Of a DNA stretch of 64,000 nucleotides, positions 1-8,526 are shown piece after piece (within the stretch, counting starts at the first letter, position 1; each line of letters begins with the position of its first letter). Both the position numbers and the translations under genes were made by a program. The DNA comes from Nitrospinaceae bacterium (lineage in GTDB: Bacteria > Nitrospinota > Nitrospinia > Nitrospinales > Nitrospinaceae), in the NCBI GenBank assembly GCA_965223665.1, contig OZ245011.1:2368001-2432000 (forward strand). The letters run 5' to 3'. The notes beneath the pieces are model-generated. The model saw only the letters and a list, made by a program, of their open reading frames with translations, ran no database searches and had not been told where the DNA came from.

Positions 1-780
1 CTAATTCTTGGCGGGATATTAATAGTTTTCACAACTATAAATTCATCTTCAGCCTCATCCGCAGTTCCACCCACTGAAACCGAAATGGTAGCTATCCCTG
101 AAGGCGAGTTTATAATGGGTAGTTCAAGACAGGATATTGAATGGGCCGCGCAAAAATTTTTTTCAGAATCGTTAGATTACTACCAAGATGAAACTCCCGC
201 TCATAAAAGATCTTTGCCAAAATTTGAAATTGATAAAACTGAGGTCACCTTTGCACAATATTCCAGTTATTTAGAAAAAACTGGAAAACAAAAACCCAAG
301 TTGCTAGATGACAAACGATTTAATCAAAACTCTCAACCTATGGTGGGCATCACCTGGCAAGAAGCAAATGATTATTGCCACTATTTTGGCAAACAACTTC
401 CAACAGAAGCACAATGGGAAAAGGCCGCTCGAGGACCTAAAATAAGCTATTACCCCTGGGGAAACGAACCCTTAAAGACTCATGCAAATGTAAGAGGCAA
501 AAAAGATGGATTCCGCTATACCGCCCCGGTAGGAAGCTACAAAAATGGTGCCAGTGTATATGGAGTTTTGGATCTTGCAGGGAATGCTTGGGAATGGACA
601 GCTGACTGGTATCAGCCTCACCCGGGAAATACAGTTAAAAACGACCTGTATGGAGAAAAATTTAAAGTTATTAAAGGAGGGTCCTGGTTCTCTAATCTGG
701 ATTTAGCACGAATAAGTGTTCGTGGAAAAAATTTGCCGGACCGTCGTCAAAATTACATTGGATTTCGATGCGTAAAATGA
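1..780 (+). CDS. Formylglycine-generating enzyme (FGE-sulfatase/SUMF1) domain protein, 5' truncated by window edge
   Basis: Motifs IPEGEFIMGS, LPTEAQWEKAARG, YPWG, DLAGNAWEW, GGSW, IGFRC. Frame is open from base 1 with a hydrophobic signal-like segment, so the true start lies upstream. Confidence 0.9.
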   Translation, partial: LILGGILIVFTTINSSSASSAVPPTETEMVAIPEGEFIMGSSRQDIEWAAQKFFSESLDYYQDETPAHKRSLPKFEIDKTEVTFAQYSSYLEKTGKQKPKLLDDKRFNQNSQPMVGITWQEANDYCHYFGKQLPTEAQWEKAARGPKISYYPWGNEPLKTHANVRGKKDGFRYTAPVGSYKNGASVYGVLDLAGNAWEWTADWYQPHPGNTVKNDLYGEKFKVIKGGSWFSNLDLARISVRGKNLPDRRQNYIGFRCVK

Positions 781-820
781 ATACCTGAAATGAACGTAAC
801 CTAATATATTGAGAGGTCAA

Positions 821-1633
821 ATGATTAATTTTATCCGAAACGGAGTTTTTTTTATTCTTTGCTGTGCCCTAATTAGTTCCGCAAATGCACAACCCCCTGG
901 AAAACACTCCCCGGAAGCTTATAAAAAAATGAAACAACATGGGGGAAAACACAGCGGAGGTGGACACCACCACGGTTATGGGAGAAGAAAAGGCCCCCCA
1001 AAAGACATCCCTGCACATATTGAGTCTCGCACTGATGAAAGTGCATTGGGAGTTAACTTAAACAATTCACAAGTGGGCCTAAAAGGTATTCTTTATTTAG
1101 CCAATTCAGATCGACATAAAAATGTAAAAACCCTGGCTCTTAAAACCAATAAAATTGGAGACGAAGGACTAAAAATTTTATGCGAATCTGAAACTTTCCA
1201 AAATATTGAGAAATTGTCTTTGTGGGATAATCAAATCACCTCTGCAGGCGCAGATATGATTGTTAATTCTTCTTTTGCAAAAAATTTAAAAGAATTAAAT
1301 ATAATGAAAAATCAATTAGGGGACCAAGGCACAAAAGTTTTGACAGTCGCTTCAAAATTAGACCAGTTAACTTTATTGGACTTAAGCGCAAACCAGATAA
1401 CCGATTCAGGTGCTCTGGCCATTGCTAATTCACCCAACCTTTTAAATCTTAAGCGACTCGAGTTATTTCGAAACCAAATAGGAGAAAAGGGAATCCAAGC
1501 CATTTTACAATCCAAAAATTTACCGAATTTAGAATATATTGACTTAACTTCTAATGCGATTGATGCGGATACCGCCAACGCATTGGAAAAAGCAGCCACA
1601 CTGCCAAAACTAAAAACACTTTTACTTTATTAA
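821..1633 (+). CDS. Secreted leucine-rich repeat protein (RI/GALA-like LRRs) with His/Gly-rich N-terminus
   Basis: Repeated LxLxxNxI(G/T)DxG units of about 28 aa. Signal peptide ending ANA. GAGAGG RBS before ATG 821. Confidence 0.85.
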   Translation: MINFIRNGVFFILCCALISSANAQPPGKHSPEAYKKMKQHGGKHSGGGHHHGYGRRKGPPKDIPAHIESRTDESALGVNLNNSQVGLKGILYLANSDRHKNVKTLALKTNKIGDEGLKILCESETFQNIEKLSLWDNQITSAGADMIVNSSFAKNLKELNIMKNQLGDQGTKVLTVASKLDQLTLLDLSANQITDSGALAIANSPNLLNLKRLELFRNQIGEKGIQAILQSKNLPNLEYIDLTSNAIDADTANALEKAATLPKLKTLLLY

Positions 1634-1664
1634 AAAGGAAAGTAAAGAAAACGCCTTACGTGAA

Positions 1665-2360
1665 TCAAAAACGAAGATGAATCCCTAATGTAAATACTGG
1701 AAAAAATTTGAAGTCTTTAAGGTCTTGCTCAATTTGGGCTCGTTCAGCATTTAAATCGGCCGGTAAAACGACTCCCGCGCTGTCTGTTACAGTAACATCT
1801 GGATTACCTTGATAGAATGCTCCAATATCTAAAGAAAAACCAAGTGCCACTGGTAGATCGAAAGTATTGTCATCGGCGGCATTTCCCCAGCCGATTCCAA
1901 AATACGGAGCAAAATCACTAGACCAATCAACATTTGCGTTTAATGTAGTAGTCCCACCCAGAGGGGTGTTTCCTACTACAGTTCCAGCCCCGACAATTGA
2001 ACTTAAATCAAAACTATTATCGTTATAATAAACTCCCCCCGTAAACCGAAAGTTCCCGTGAAAGGGATGAAAATCAATAAAGATTGGAGCATTTTTTAGA
2101 CTCACGTCTCCTTTATAACGAATCCCACCTTGTTTCATAGATGCTCTAAATTCTAACCAATTATAACCAGACCGGATATTTACCAAATTACTTATAATGG
2201 GAAAAGTTATATCTCCTCCAATGCCAGTAGTTCCTCCTTTAGCAGTTACCCCAATATCCAATAAGGCATTGGCTTGAGAAGGAATCCAAAGACACAAAAA
2301 TCCCAATGCAATTGCCCAAGATTTTACTTTTAAAAAGAAATGACGGTTCGTCCTAATCAT
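1665..2360 (-). CDS. Outer-membrane beta-barrel protein
   Basis: Signal peptide, GTTGIG start motif, APYFGIGWG, alternating beta-strand pattern, C-terminal Phe. Confidence 0.7.
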   Translation of the reverse strand: MIRTNRHFFLKVKSWAIALGFLCLWIPSQANALLDIGVTAKGGTTGIGGDITFPIISNLVNIRSGYNWLEFRASMKQGGIRYKGDVSLKNAPIFIDFHPFHGNFRFTGGVYYNDNSFDLSSIVGAGTVVGNTPLGGTTTLNANVDWSSDFAPYFGIGWGNAADDNTFDLPVALGFSLDIGAFYQGNPDVTVTDSAGVVLPADLNAERAQIEQDLKDFKFFPVFTLGIHLRF

Positions 2361-2676
2361 TTATCGAATTCCACCAAGAAAGACAAATATAGTCGCCAAT
2401 TAACCTAATCGAATACCGTTAAAAGTTTATCCGAAGGAACCTTAAATTTCAATGAAAATTATTGTAATTTTAAATGCTCATCGATAGTTCTTTTTCAGCA
2501 AGAAATCCAATTCCATTATGTTTCTAACCTCAACCTTAGGTATTCGGAATTTAATTTAGCAGGCTTCAAATTATCCCTTCCATTTCCAATTTAAAATTAA
2601 TTCATTTAAAAATAATATGTTATGTGACATATTTTTCAATCCAACCAAATATTATCTCGAAAATTAAAAATTTTTA

Positions 2677-2705
2677 TTGCAATATCACCCATATATTGGT
2701 ATACA
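2677..2705 (+). promoter_or_regulatory. Putative sigma70-type promoter of the cas operon
   Basis: TTGCAA-17 nt-TATACA with TG extended -10, about 80 nt before the cas8e start. The -10 is imperfect. Confidence 0.35.
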
Positions 2706-2785
2706 GAATCGTTATTCCTAAGGTTGATACACTCAATAATTAAACTTAAATTTCAGTTACTCTGTCAATATTCATCACCAAAAAT

Positions 2786-4366
2786 ATGTTCAATTTAGTT
2801 GAGAATTGCTGGATACCAGTAAAAATGAAGGACGGATCAAATGAACTTATAAGACCATTTGATGTTACAAAAAATCTATCATCGAATCCCATAGTATCGT
2901 TATATGCCTGTCGTCCCGATTTTAATGGCGGGCTAATTCAGTTTCTAGTTGGGTTGGTACAAACTTCAATGACACCTAAAAACTCAGAGGAATGGAACAA
3001 TTATTTCCATAACCCACCCTCTACTTCTTTATTAAAGTTCAATTTCTCAAAATTAAAATACGCTTTTAATTTGGATGGGGAATTTCCCCGATTTATGCAG
3101 GAGGGAAACTTAGAAAACAACTCCAGAAAAACTATCAATTTTTTATTAATTGATTCTCCCGGAGAAAACACGATAAACAAAAACACAGATCTTTTTGTAA
3201 AGCGCAATCAATATTTAATGCAGTGCTATCCTTGTACAGCAACAGCATTATTTTGCTTAAATACATTTGCCCCTTCAGGTGGTTCAGGACATAGAACATC
3301 CATTCGGGGAGGAGGGCCGCTAACAACTGTAATTTTTGATCCAGAAAGCCTATGGAAAACAATTTGGTTAAACATTATTCCAGAAGATAAATGGCCAAAA
3401 ACTAATTGGAAATTAGATTCCCATTTAGATGCCCATATTTTCCCTTGGTTAAAATTTAAAAAAACCTTATTACAACCGGAAGAGATTCACCCCTTGCAAA
3501 TGTATTGGGGTCTTCCAAGAAGAATTCTATTAGATTTTCAGCTTGAATCCTATGGAACATGCCAACTGTGTGGCACTCAAAATCAAAAATTGGTCAAACA
3601 TTTTTTTACTGCAAAACATGGTTACCATTATAAAAACTTTCCTTTGCCTCATGTACTTAGTCCCTATATTAAAAAATCAAATAAAGAAATTTTTCCAAAG
3701 AAAAGCCCCGTTAATGATAATTCTTACAGACAATGGTTAGGACTAATTTTTAAAGACACAAAGTTAAATGTTAATCCCGCTTTTGCTGTCACAACATTTC
3801 TTCATGAAAAACCTCGATTTCCTTCTATCCGGCTTTGGTCTTTCGGATTTGTAATGAATAATATGAAACCGCTTAATTGGAAGGATTGGGAAATTCCATT
3901 ACTAATTCCATCAAAGGAATACATAGCAACATTCAAAAGTTTCATTAGTCAACTAATTCTAGCAGCTGACCATATCGCTACAATTATTTTTTCAAAATTA
4001 AACCATTCCTGGAAGTTAGACTCTAGCCAACCTAATCAGGAAATTGATAACCAAATCAAATATTTCTGGTATTCAACTGAATTCTACTTTTATAAGTTAT
4101 TGAACAAAGCCCTAATCCTGCTCCCCGATGATTCCAATCTAAATTTCTTAAAATTAGATTGGTTAAAAGCTATAAATCAAACTACAGAAAAATTATTCCA
4201 AATTCATTTTTCCAAAAGCCTTTTTAGAAAAAAAGATTTACGCAAAGAGTCTATCATTTGGAAAAACTTGATGTGGTATGCATCCGAGAAAAATCCAAAA
4301 CTAAGAAAGATTCTTTTATTACCGGATAATATTGAAAAAAATTATACCTTAAATTTTTTACGATGA
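2786..4366 (+). CDS. cas8e: Type I-E Cascade large subunit Cas8e (Cse1/CasA)
   Basis: FNLVENCWIPV start, RPDFNGGLIQFLVGLVQT, CYPC and CQLC Zn ligands, APSGGSGHRTSIRGGGPLTT loop, YWGLPRRI. Confidence 0.93.
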   Translation: MFNLVENCWIPVKMKDGSNELIRPFDVTKNLSSNPIVSLYACRPDFNGGLIQFLVGLVQTSMTPKNSEEWNNYFHNPPSTSLLKFNFSKLKYAFNLDGEFPRFMQEGNLENNSRKTINFLLIDSPGENTINKNTDLFVKRNQYLMQCYPCTATALFCLNTFAPSGGSGHRTSIRGGGPLTTVIFDPESLWKTIWLNIIPEDKWPKTNWKLDSHLDAHIFPWLKFKKTLLQPEEIHPLQMYWGLPRRILLDFQLESYGTCQLCGTQNQKLVKHFFTAKHGYHYKNFPLPHVLSPYIKKSNKEIFPKKSPVNDNSYRQWLGLIFKDTKLNVNPAFAVTTFLHEKPRFPSIRLWSFGFVMNNMKPLNWKDWEIPLLIPSKEYIATFKSFISQLILAADHIATIIFSKLNHSWKLDSSQPNQEIDNQIKYFWYSTEFYFYKLLNKALILLPDDSNLNFLKLDWLKAINQTTEKLFQIHFSKSLFRKKDLRKESIIWKNLMWYASEKNPKLRKILLLPDNIEKNYTLNFLR

Positions 4367-4878
4367 ATTCATCAATTCTAATTTTTAAAAAAAATAATAC
4401 TGAGGGACAAATTTTATTTACATGGTGGAATTTACTGCAAAACAATCATTTACAACTAACAGAGTTAATTCACTGCAAAACTTTAAATCAAGTTTTTTTG
4501 TGTCAAGGATTCTGGACTCTATATAAACAAGTGTATAAGAAGGAACCTAATATTTGCGAGGAAAGGCTTGCATTAATTGCTGGATTATTGCCCAAAATAA
4601 CAAATCATATAACAGGGATATCCATCCCTCAACGAATGGCTGCAGTTGTTCCTGGGCGTTGGAATTATCCATTAGTTAGTTATTCCAGGTTTATGCGTTT
4701 ATTAATGATAAATTCGAAGGAAGACTTATATAAATCTTTTTCAGAAAACTTAAGACTAATCCGTTATTCAGCAGACATTTTATCATTATCCAATGATCTT
4801 TATAATTGGGGAGAATCCGTTAAAAAGTTATACGCCATGGAATACTTTTTTAAGTCTCCCGAGACATATATTGAATAA
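4363..4878 (+). CDS. cse2: Type I-E Cascade small subunit Cas11 (Cse2/CasB)
   Basis: Position in operon with ATGA overlap. WW..L, RLALIAGLL, VSYSRFMRLL, LYNWG..VKK.YAMEYF features. Confidence 0.85.
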   Translation: MNSSILIFKKNNTEGQILFTWWNLLQNNHLQLTELIHCKTLNQVFLCQGFWTLYKQVYKKEPNICEERLALIAGLLPKITNHITGISIPQRMAAVVPGRWNYPLVSYSRFMRLLMINSKEDLYKSFSENLRLIRYSADILSLSNDLYNWGESVKKLYAMEYFFKSPETYIE

Positions 4879-4897
4879 GGATTAAACCAAAAATAAA

Positions 4898-5962
4898 ATG
4901 ACCCGTTTCCTGCAAATACATTTATTAACAGCTTACCCCCCTTCGAACCTGAATCGTGATGATCTAGGAAGACCCAAAACAGCGATTGTTGGAGGAACAA
5001 ATCGTCTTCGTATTTCTTCACAAAGTTTAAAAAGGGCATGGCGAACTTCAAATTTTTTCAAAGAATCCTTGTCAAAACATATAGGAATTCGGACTCGTTC
5101 AATGGGAAAAATAATTTTTCAAAAATTTTTAGATAGAGGTGTTTCAGCCACTCAAGCAAAAAAATGGACGGTTCAAATTTTGGGTACTTTTGGAAAAGTC
5201 AAAAAGGGGAAAGAAAATAGGTTTAATGAAGAACTGGAGATGGAACAATTGGTTCATTTTAGCCACGAAGAAGAAAAATCTATTAATACATTAATAAAAA
5301 CTTTAACGGAACAAAATAGAAGTCCAAACAAAGAAGAATTATTTTTATTAAGGAAAGAGAATAGTTCCATAGACATTGCTTTATTTGGAAGGATGCTTGC
5401 TGAAAACCCTTATTACAATTTCGAAGCAGCTGCACAGGTTGCACATGCATTCACCATTCAAAAAATTGCTCTTGAAGATGACTTTTTTACCGCTGTGGAT
5501 GATCTAAATATAGGTTCATCTTCCGCCGGCCATATCGGAAACAAAGAGTTTAGTTCGGGAATATTTTATTTATATATTTGCATCGATAAAGAACTGTTAC
5601 TCAAAAATTTAAATAACAATACAAAACTAGCTGTACAAGCTACGAATGCGTTAACTATGTCCGCTTCAAAAGTTTGTCCTGGGGGTCATCAAAATAGTTT
5701 TGGCCATTACGGATATGCCATGTTCTTGATGTCAGAAATTGGTAATTACCAGCCCCGTTCATTGGCCGCTGCATTTTTCGATCCAATCAAAGAAAATTAC
5801 CATCACCCTATGATTCAACAGGGAATTGATAAATTGTTCGATGTTCGTGAAAAAATAGACAACATATATGAGAAATGCGCCGAAGATTTTTATTTTTTTG
5901 ATGTGATGGCCAACAAAGGTAGTTTAAAAGAAACTTTAAACTTTCAGGAACAAACATTTTGA
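4898..5962 (+). CDS. cas7e: Type I-E Cascade backbone Cas7 (Cse4/CasC)
   Basis: FLQIHLLTAYPPSNLNRDDLGRPKTA, RLRISSQSLKRAWR, DIALFGRMLA, AAAQVAHAF, DFFTAVDDL, QPRSLAAAF. Confidence 0.97.
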   Translation: MTRFLQIHLLTAYPPSNLNRDDLGRPKTAIVGGTNRLRISSQSLKRAWRTSNFFKESLSKHIGIRTRSMGKIIFQKFLDRGVSATQAKKWTVQILGTFGKVKKGKENRFNEELEMEQLVHFSHEEEKSINTLIKTLTEQNRSPNKEELFLLRKENSSIDIALFGRMLAENPYYNFEAAAQVAHAFTIQKIALEDDFFTAVDDLNIGSSSAGHIGNKEFSSGIFYLYICIDKELLLKNLNNNTKLAVQATNALTMSASKVCPGGHQNSFGHYGYAMFLMSEIGNYQPRSLAAAFFDPIKENYHHPMIQQGIDKLFDVREKIDNIYEKCAEDFYFFDVMANKGSLKETLNFQEQTF

Positions 5963-6723
5963 ATCATTTAATTTTTACCTTATATAGCCCTTTGCAATCT
6001 TGGGGAACTATTGCGATTGGAGAAAGGAGGGAGACCTTTACTCATCCTTCAAAATCTTCAATCTTAGGTTTGGTTGGAGCATCGTTAGGGATACCCCGAA
6101 ACACATCCAAACCACATGTCATAGACCAACAACATCTTGAATTACAAAATTCCCTTGGATTCGCAGTTGCCATTCAGCAACCGGGCGTCTTGATCAGTGA
6201 TTTTCATACTACTCAAGTCTCAAAAAAAAATAGAACTCCTCTTATTTCTACCCGTATGGATGAAATAGAATTTTCAGCTTCAAATAAACCAAACATTTCT
6301 AATATTATTTCTTATAGAGATTATCTTTGTGATGCCATTTTTATTATTTGCTTATGGTGCAAAGACTCCAAATCACCTATTTCATTAGAAAAGATTTCTC
6401 GAACATTAAAACAACCTCAGGGAAATCTTTATTTGGGGAGAAAATCCTGTCCACCGGCCCTACCCCTCAACCCTCAAATAATAGAGGCCAAAAGCTTATA
6501 TGATGCATTCTTTTATTTTAAAAAAAGGAATCCGAATGAAATTATTTTTTCCAATAAAATCCTTTCCAATATTAAGGTATATTGGGACCATTATCCCAAC
6601 CACGGCATAGAAAATATTCGAGAAAAAAATACTCGCAGGGATCTTATCCTAAGTCGCTGTCGTTGGCAGTTTCAAAATCGGACTGAGTTTGGGGGAATCC
6701 TCTCGTGGAAGTCAAATTCTTAA
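5959..6723 (+). CDS. cas5e: Type I-E Cas5 (CasD), no HNH fusion
   Basis: LYSPLQSWG...RETFTHPSKSSILGLVGASLG, DFHT, RDYLCDA, LYLGRKSCPP. Confidence 0.95.
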   Translation: MNHLIFTLYSPLQSWGTIAIGERRETFTHPSKSSILGLVGASLGIPRNTSKPHVIDQQHLELQNSLGFAVAIQQPGVLISDFHTTQVSKKNRTPLISTRMDEIEFSASNKPNISNIISYRDYLCDAIFIICLWCKDSKSPISLEKISRTLKQPQGNLYLGRKSCPPALPLNPQIIEAKSLYDAFFYFKKRNPNEIIFSNKILSNIKVYWDHYPNHGIENIREKNTRRDLILSRCRWQFQNRTEFGGILSWKSNS

Positions 6724-6730
6724 GCGTCCT

Positions 6731-7399
6731 ATGTATATAAGCCAAATTCGTTTACATTCTAAAGTTGCTGATTCGAGACTACCAAAAGTGGTAATTGAAA
6801 ATAATTTATACGGTTTGCATCAATTGATCTGGAGTTTATTTAGAAGCGAAAAAAGAAACTTTCTATTTCGCATGGATCGTAAAACAGAATATATATCCTT
6901 CATTGTTGTTTCTAAAGTTCCTCCAAAAAATTCCAACAATTTATGGGAAATTCAAACCAAACCCTATCATCCCAAAATTTATCAGCATCAAACTTTAACT
7001 TTCAAACTTCGAGCCAACCCCATCAAAACCAAGAAAAACTTCGATAAAAAACAAAAAAGACACGATGTCGTTATGGAAAAGAAAAAAGAATTAAAAAATA
7101 AAAATGAGGAATTAAAGAAACCGTTCCTTTACAACCAATTAATCCAAAGCACTGGGTATCAATGGCTACAGGAACGAATGGGAAACCATGGGTTTAATGT
7201 AAAATTCGAAGAAGTGCGAATTGATGGTTATCTGCAGCACAGGTTTCAAAAGAAAAATCATTCCATCAAAATTAGTACACTAGAATACACTGGACAATTA
7301 ACTGTTCTAGACCCGGTTAAGCTTTCAAATAGTCTTTTTCAAGGTATCGGTCCTGCAAAAGGATTTGGTTGTGGATTGCTATTGGTAAAGAATCCATAA
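6731..7399 (+). CDS. cas6e: Type I-E crRNA endoribonuclease Cas6e (Cse3/CasE)
   Basis: MYISQIRL, YGLHQLIWSLF (catalytic His), FLFR, FKLRANP, C-terminal G-loop GIGPAKGFGCGLL. Confidence 0.95.
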   Translation: MYISQIRLHSKVADSRLPKVVIENNLYGLHQLIWSLFRSEKRNFLFRMDRKTEYISFIVVSKVPPKNSNNLWEIQTKPYHPKIYQHQTLTFKLRANPIKTKKNFDKKQKRHDVVMEKKKELKNKNEELKKPFLYNQLIQSTGYQWLQERMGNHGFNVKFEEVRIDGYLQHRFQKKNHSIKISTLEYTGQLTVLDPVKLSNSLFQGIGPAKGFGCGLLLVKNP

Positions 7400-7401
7400 G
7401 A

Positions 7402-7489
7402 ACGTTCCCCATTTTATGGGGATGAACCGGTTGATGTCAGAAAAAGGCAGTTTATTCTTAATTGTTCCCCACTTTGTGGGGAGATTTTT
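7402..7489 (+). CRISPR. Minimal type I-E CRISPR array: 2 repeats and one 32-nt spacer
   Basis: Repeat 1 at 7402-7429, ACGTTCCCCATTTTATGGGGATGAACCG, has the I-E-type GTTCCCC...GGGGAT(G/A)AACCG form. Spacer 7430-7461 is GTTGATGTCAGAAAAAGGCAGTTTATTCTTAA. Repeat 2 from 7462, TTGTTCCCCACTTTGTGGGGAG, has a degenerate 3' tail. Confidence 0.88.
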
Positions 7490-7491
7490 AA

Positions 7492-7710
7492 TTAGCCTAT
7501 ATATTGAGCCAAAATTTTTACATCTTGATAGTAGTTGGCACCTTTACGATCACTATTGATACCTTCAGCAAGTTCAGCGGCCCTTTCCTCGGAAATACCT
7601 AAAGCTCCAGCTAAATAATCGGCTAATACCTTATTATCGGCATAATAATCTGCCCCAGAGCGATCCTCTAAAATGTTTTTGGCTACATTTAATGTGTTAT
7701 CATTTTCCAT
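7492..7710 (-). CDS. 72-aa acidic hypothetical protein with internal tandem duplication
   Basis: GGAGGGG RBS just upstream of ATG 7710. Two copies of DRxGAxYYxDxKxLAxY. Confidence 0.75.
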   Translation of the reverse strand: MENDNTLNVAKNILEDRSGADYYADNKVLADYLAGALGISEERAAELAEGINSDRKGANYYQDVKILAQYIG

Positions 7711-8048
7711 TTTCCCCTCCAAAATAAATTTACAAGAAGTTTATCATAGTCTCCCAATCACTTATAAGAGGACAAAAAACATTTTTTCAAAAATCTATTT
7801 CTTCAAACATTGCTTCTCAGGTTTTAAGTTTTATTTTTCAATTTAAACAGCACGGTAAACCAGATTCTTAATAAGGAAATGAAGTAAAGGGAAAAAGTCA
7901 AACTCTTTCGGACCATTTTGTGTTATTTACGGGGACATAAGGGGGAAGTGATCGGAAATCTAGAAAAAAAATTACAAAATGTTAGGAAATTTCACCAACA
8001 GAATCGAAAGGAATGAAAGTAAGAAGGGTAAACAATTGAAACACAAGA

Positions 8049-8121
<73 letters not shown>

Positions 8122-8156
8122 TTCCGAAAAAACGCTTTAGCGCCAAAGAAAGAGGG

Positions 8157-8185
8157 AAGTTAACACAAACCCAAAACCCTGTCAA
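8157..8185 (-). promoter_or_regulatory. sigma70 promoter of tRNA-Phe
   Basis: TTGACA-17 nt-TAACTT on the minus strand, ending about 35 nt upstream of the tRNA 5' end. Confidence 0.6.
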
Positions 8186-8286
8186 TTGGTATCCCTGCGT
8201 CGCTTTTTCCGAAAAAACCTTGTTTTCTCTGGTATAATCCCATGCAAGATAGGCAAATTTGGTTAAATTTTAACTATAGGCCCACC

Positions 8287-8526
8287 ATGCTTGTACTGAC
8301 CCGAAAAATCGGCGAGAGTATCCAAATTAATGAGGATGTCAAGATTACGGTCATTGACATCAAAGGAAAAAATATCCGATTAGGCATTGAAGCCCCGAAG
8401 GATACAAAAATTTATCGCGAAGAAGTGTTTTTAAAGATTAAGGAAGAGAACAAATCTGCCGCTACGTCTACTGAGTTTGATTTAACCAAGGTCAGTGAAT
8501 TAGTAAAAAACAATTTGAAGCGATGA
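8287..8526 (+). CDS. csrA: Carbon storage regulator CsrA
   Basis: MLVLTRKIGESIQI...IRLGIEAPKDTKIYREE with the long C-terminal tail typical of FliW-regulated CsrA. True start is ATG 8287. Confidence 0.96.
   Translation: MLVLTRKIGESIQINEDVKITVIDIKGKNIRLGIEAPKDTKIYREEVFLKIKEENKSAATSTEFDLTKVSELVKNNLKR

Noticed and set aside
2720-2754. AAG followed by GTTGAT (I-E PAM plus first 6 spacer nt) just downstream of the putative cas promoter, suggesting autorepression
   Set aside because: Only 6 contiguous matches and positions 7-12 all mismatch. Probably too short for a stable R-loop and could be chance, though the position makes it worth including in a ChIP check.
2786-6723. HNH-fused Cas5/Cas8 or CRISPR-associated transposon interpretation
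   Set aside because: Cas5 (254 aa) and Cas8e (526 aa) are normal length with no HNH motif, and there are no tnsABC or tniQ genes in the window
7711-8048. CreTA-like targeting of the 72-aa gene promoter by the spacer
   Set aside because: No seed match found on either strand. Only the PAM-distal ATTCTTAA occurs.
8242-8286. Longer N-terminus for CsrA given in the ORF track
   Set aside because: CsrA family proteins begin at MLVLTRK (8287), and the extension starts just after a TATAAT box at 8233-8238
8355-8363. 9-nt spacer match (TTGATGTCA) on the minus strand within csrA
   Set aside because: Short, position 1 mismatched, flank TCC is not a I-E PAM. Chance level.
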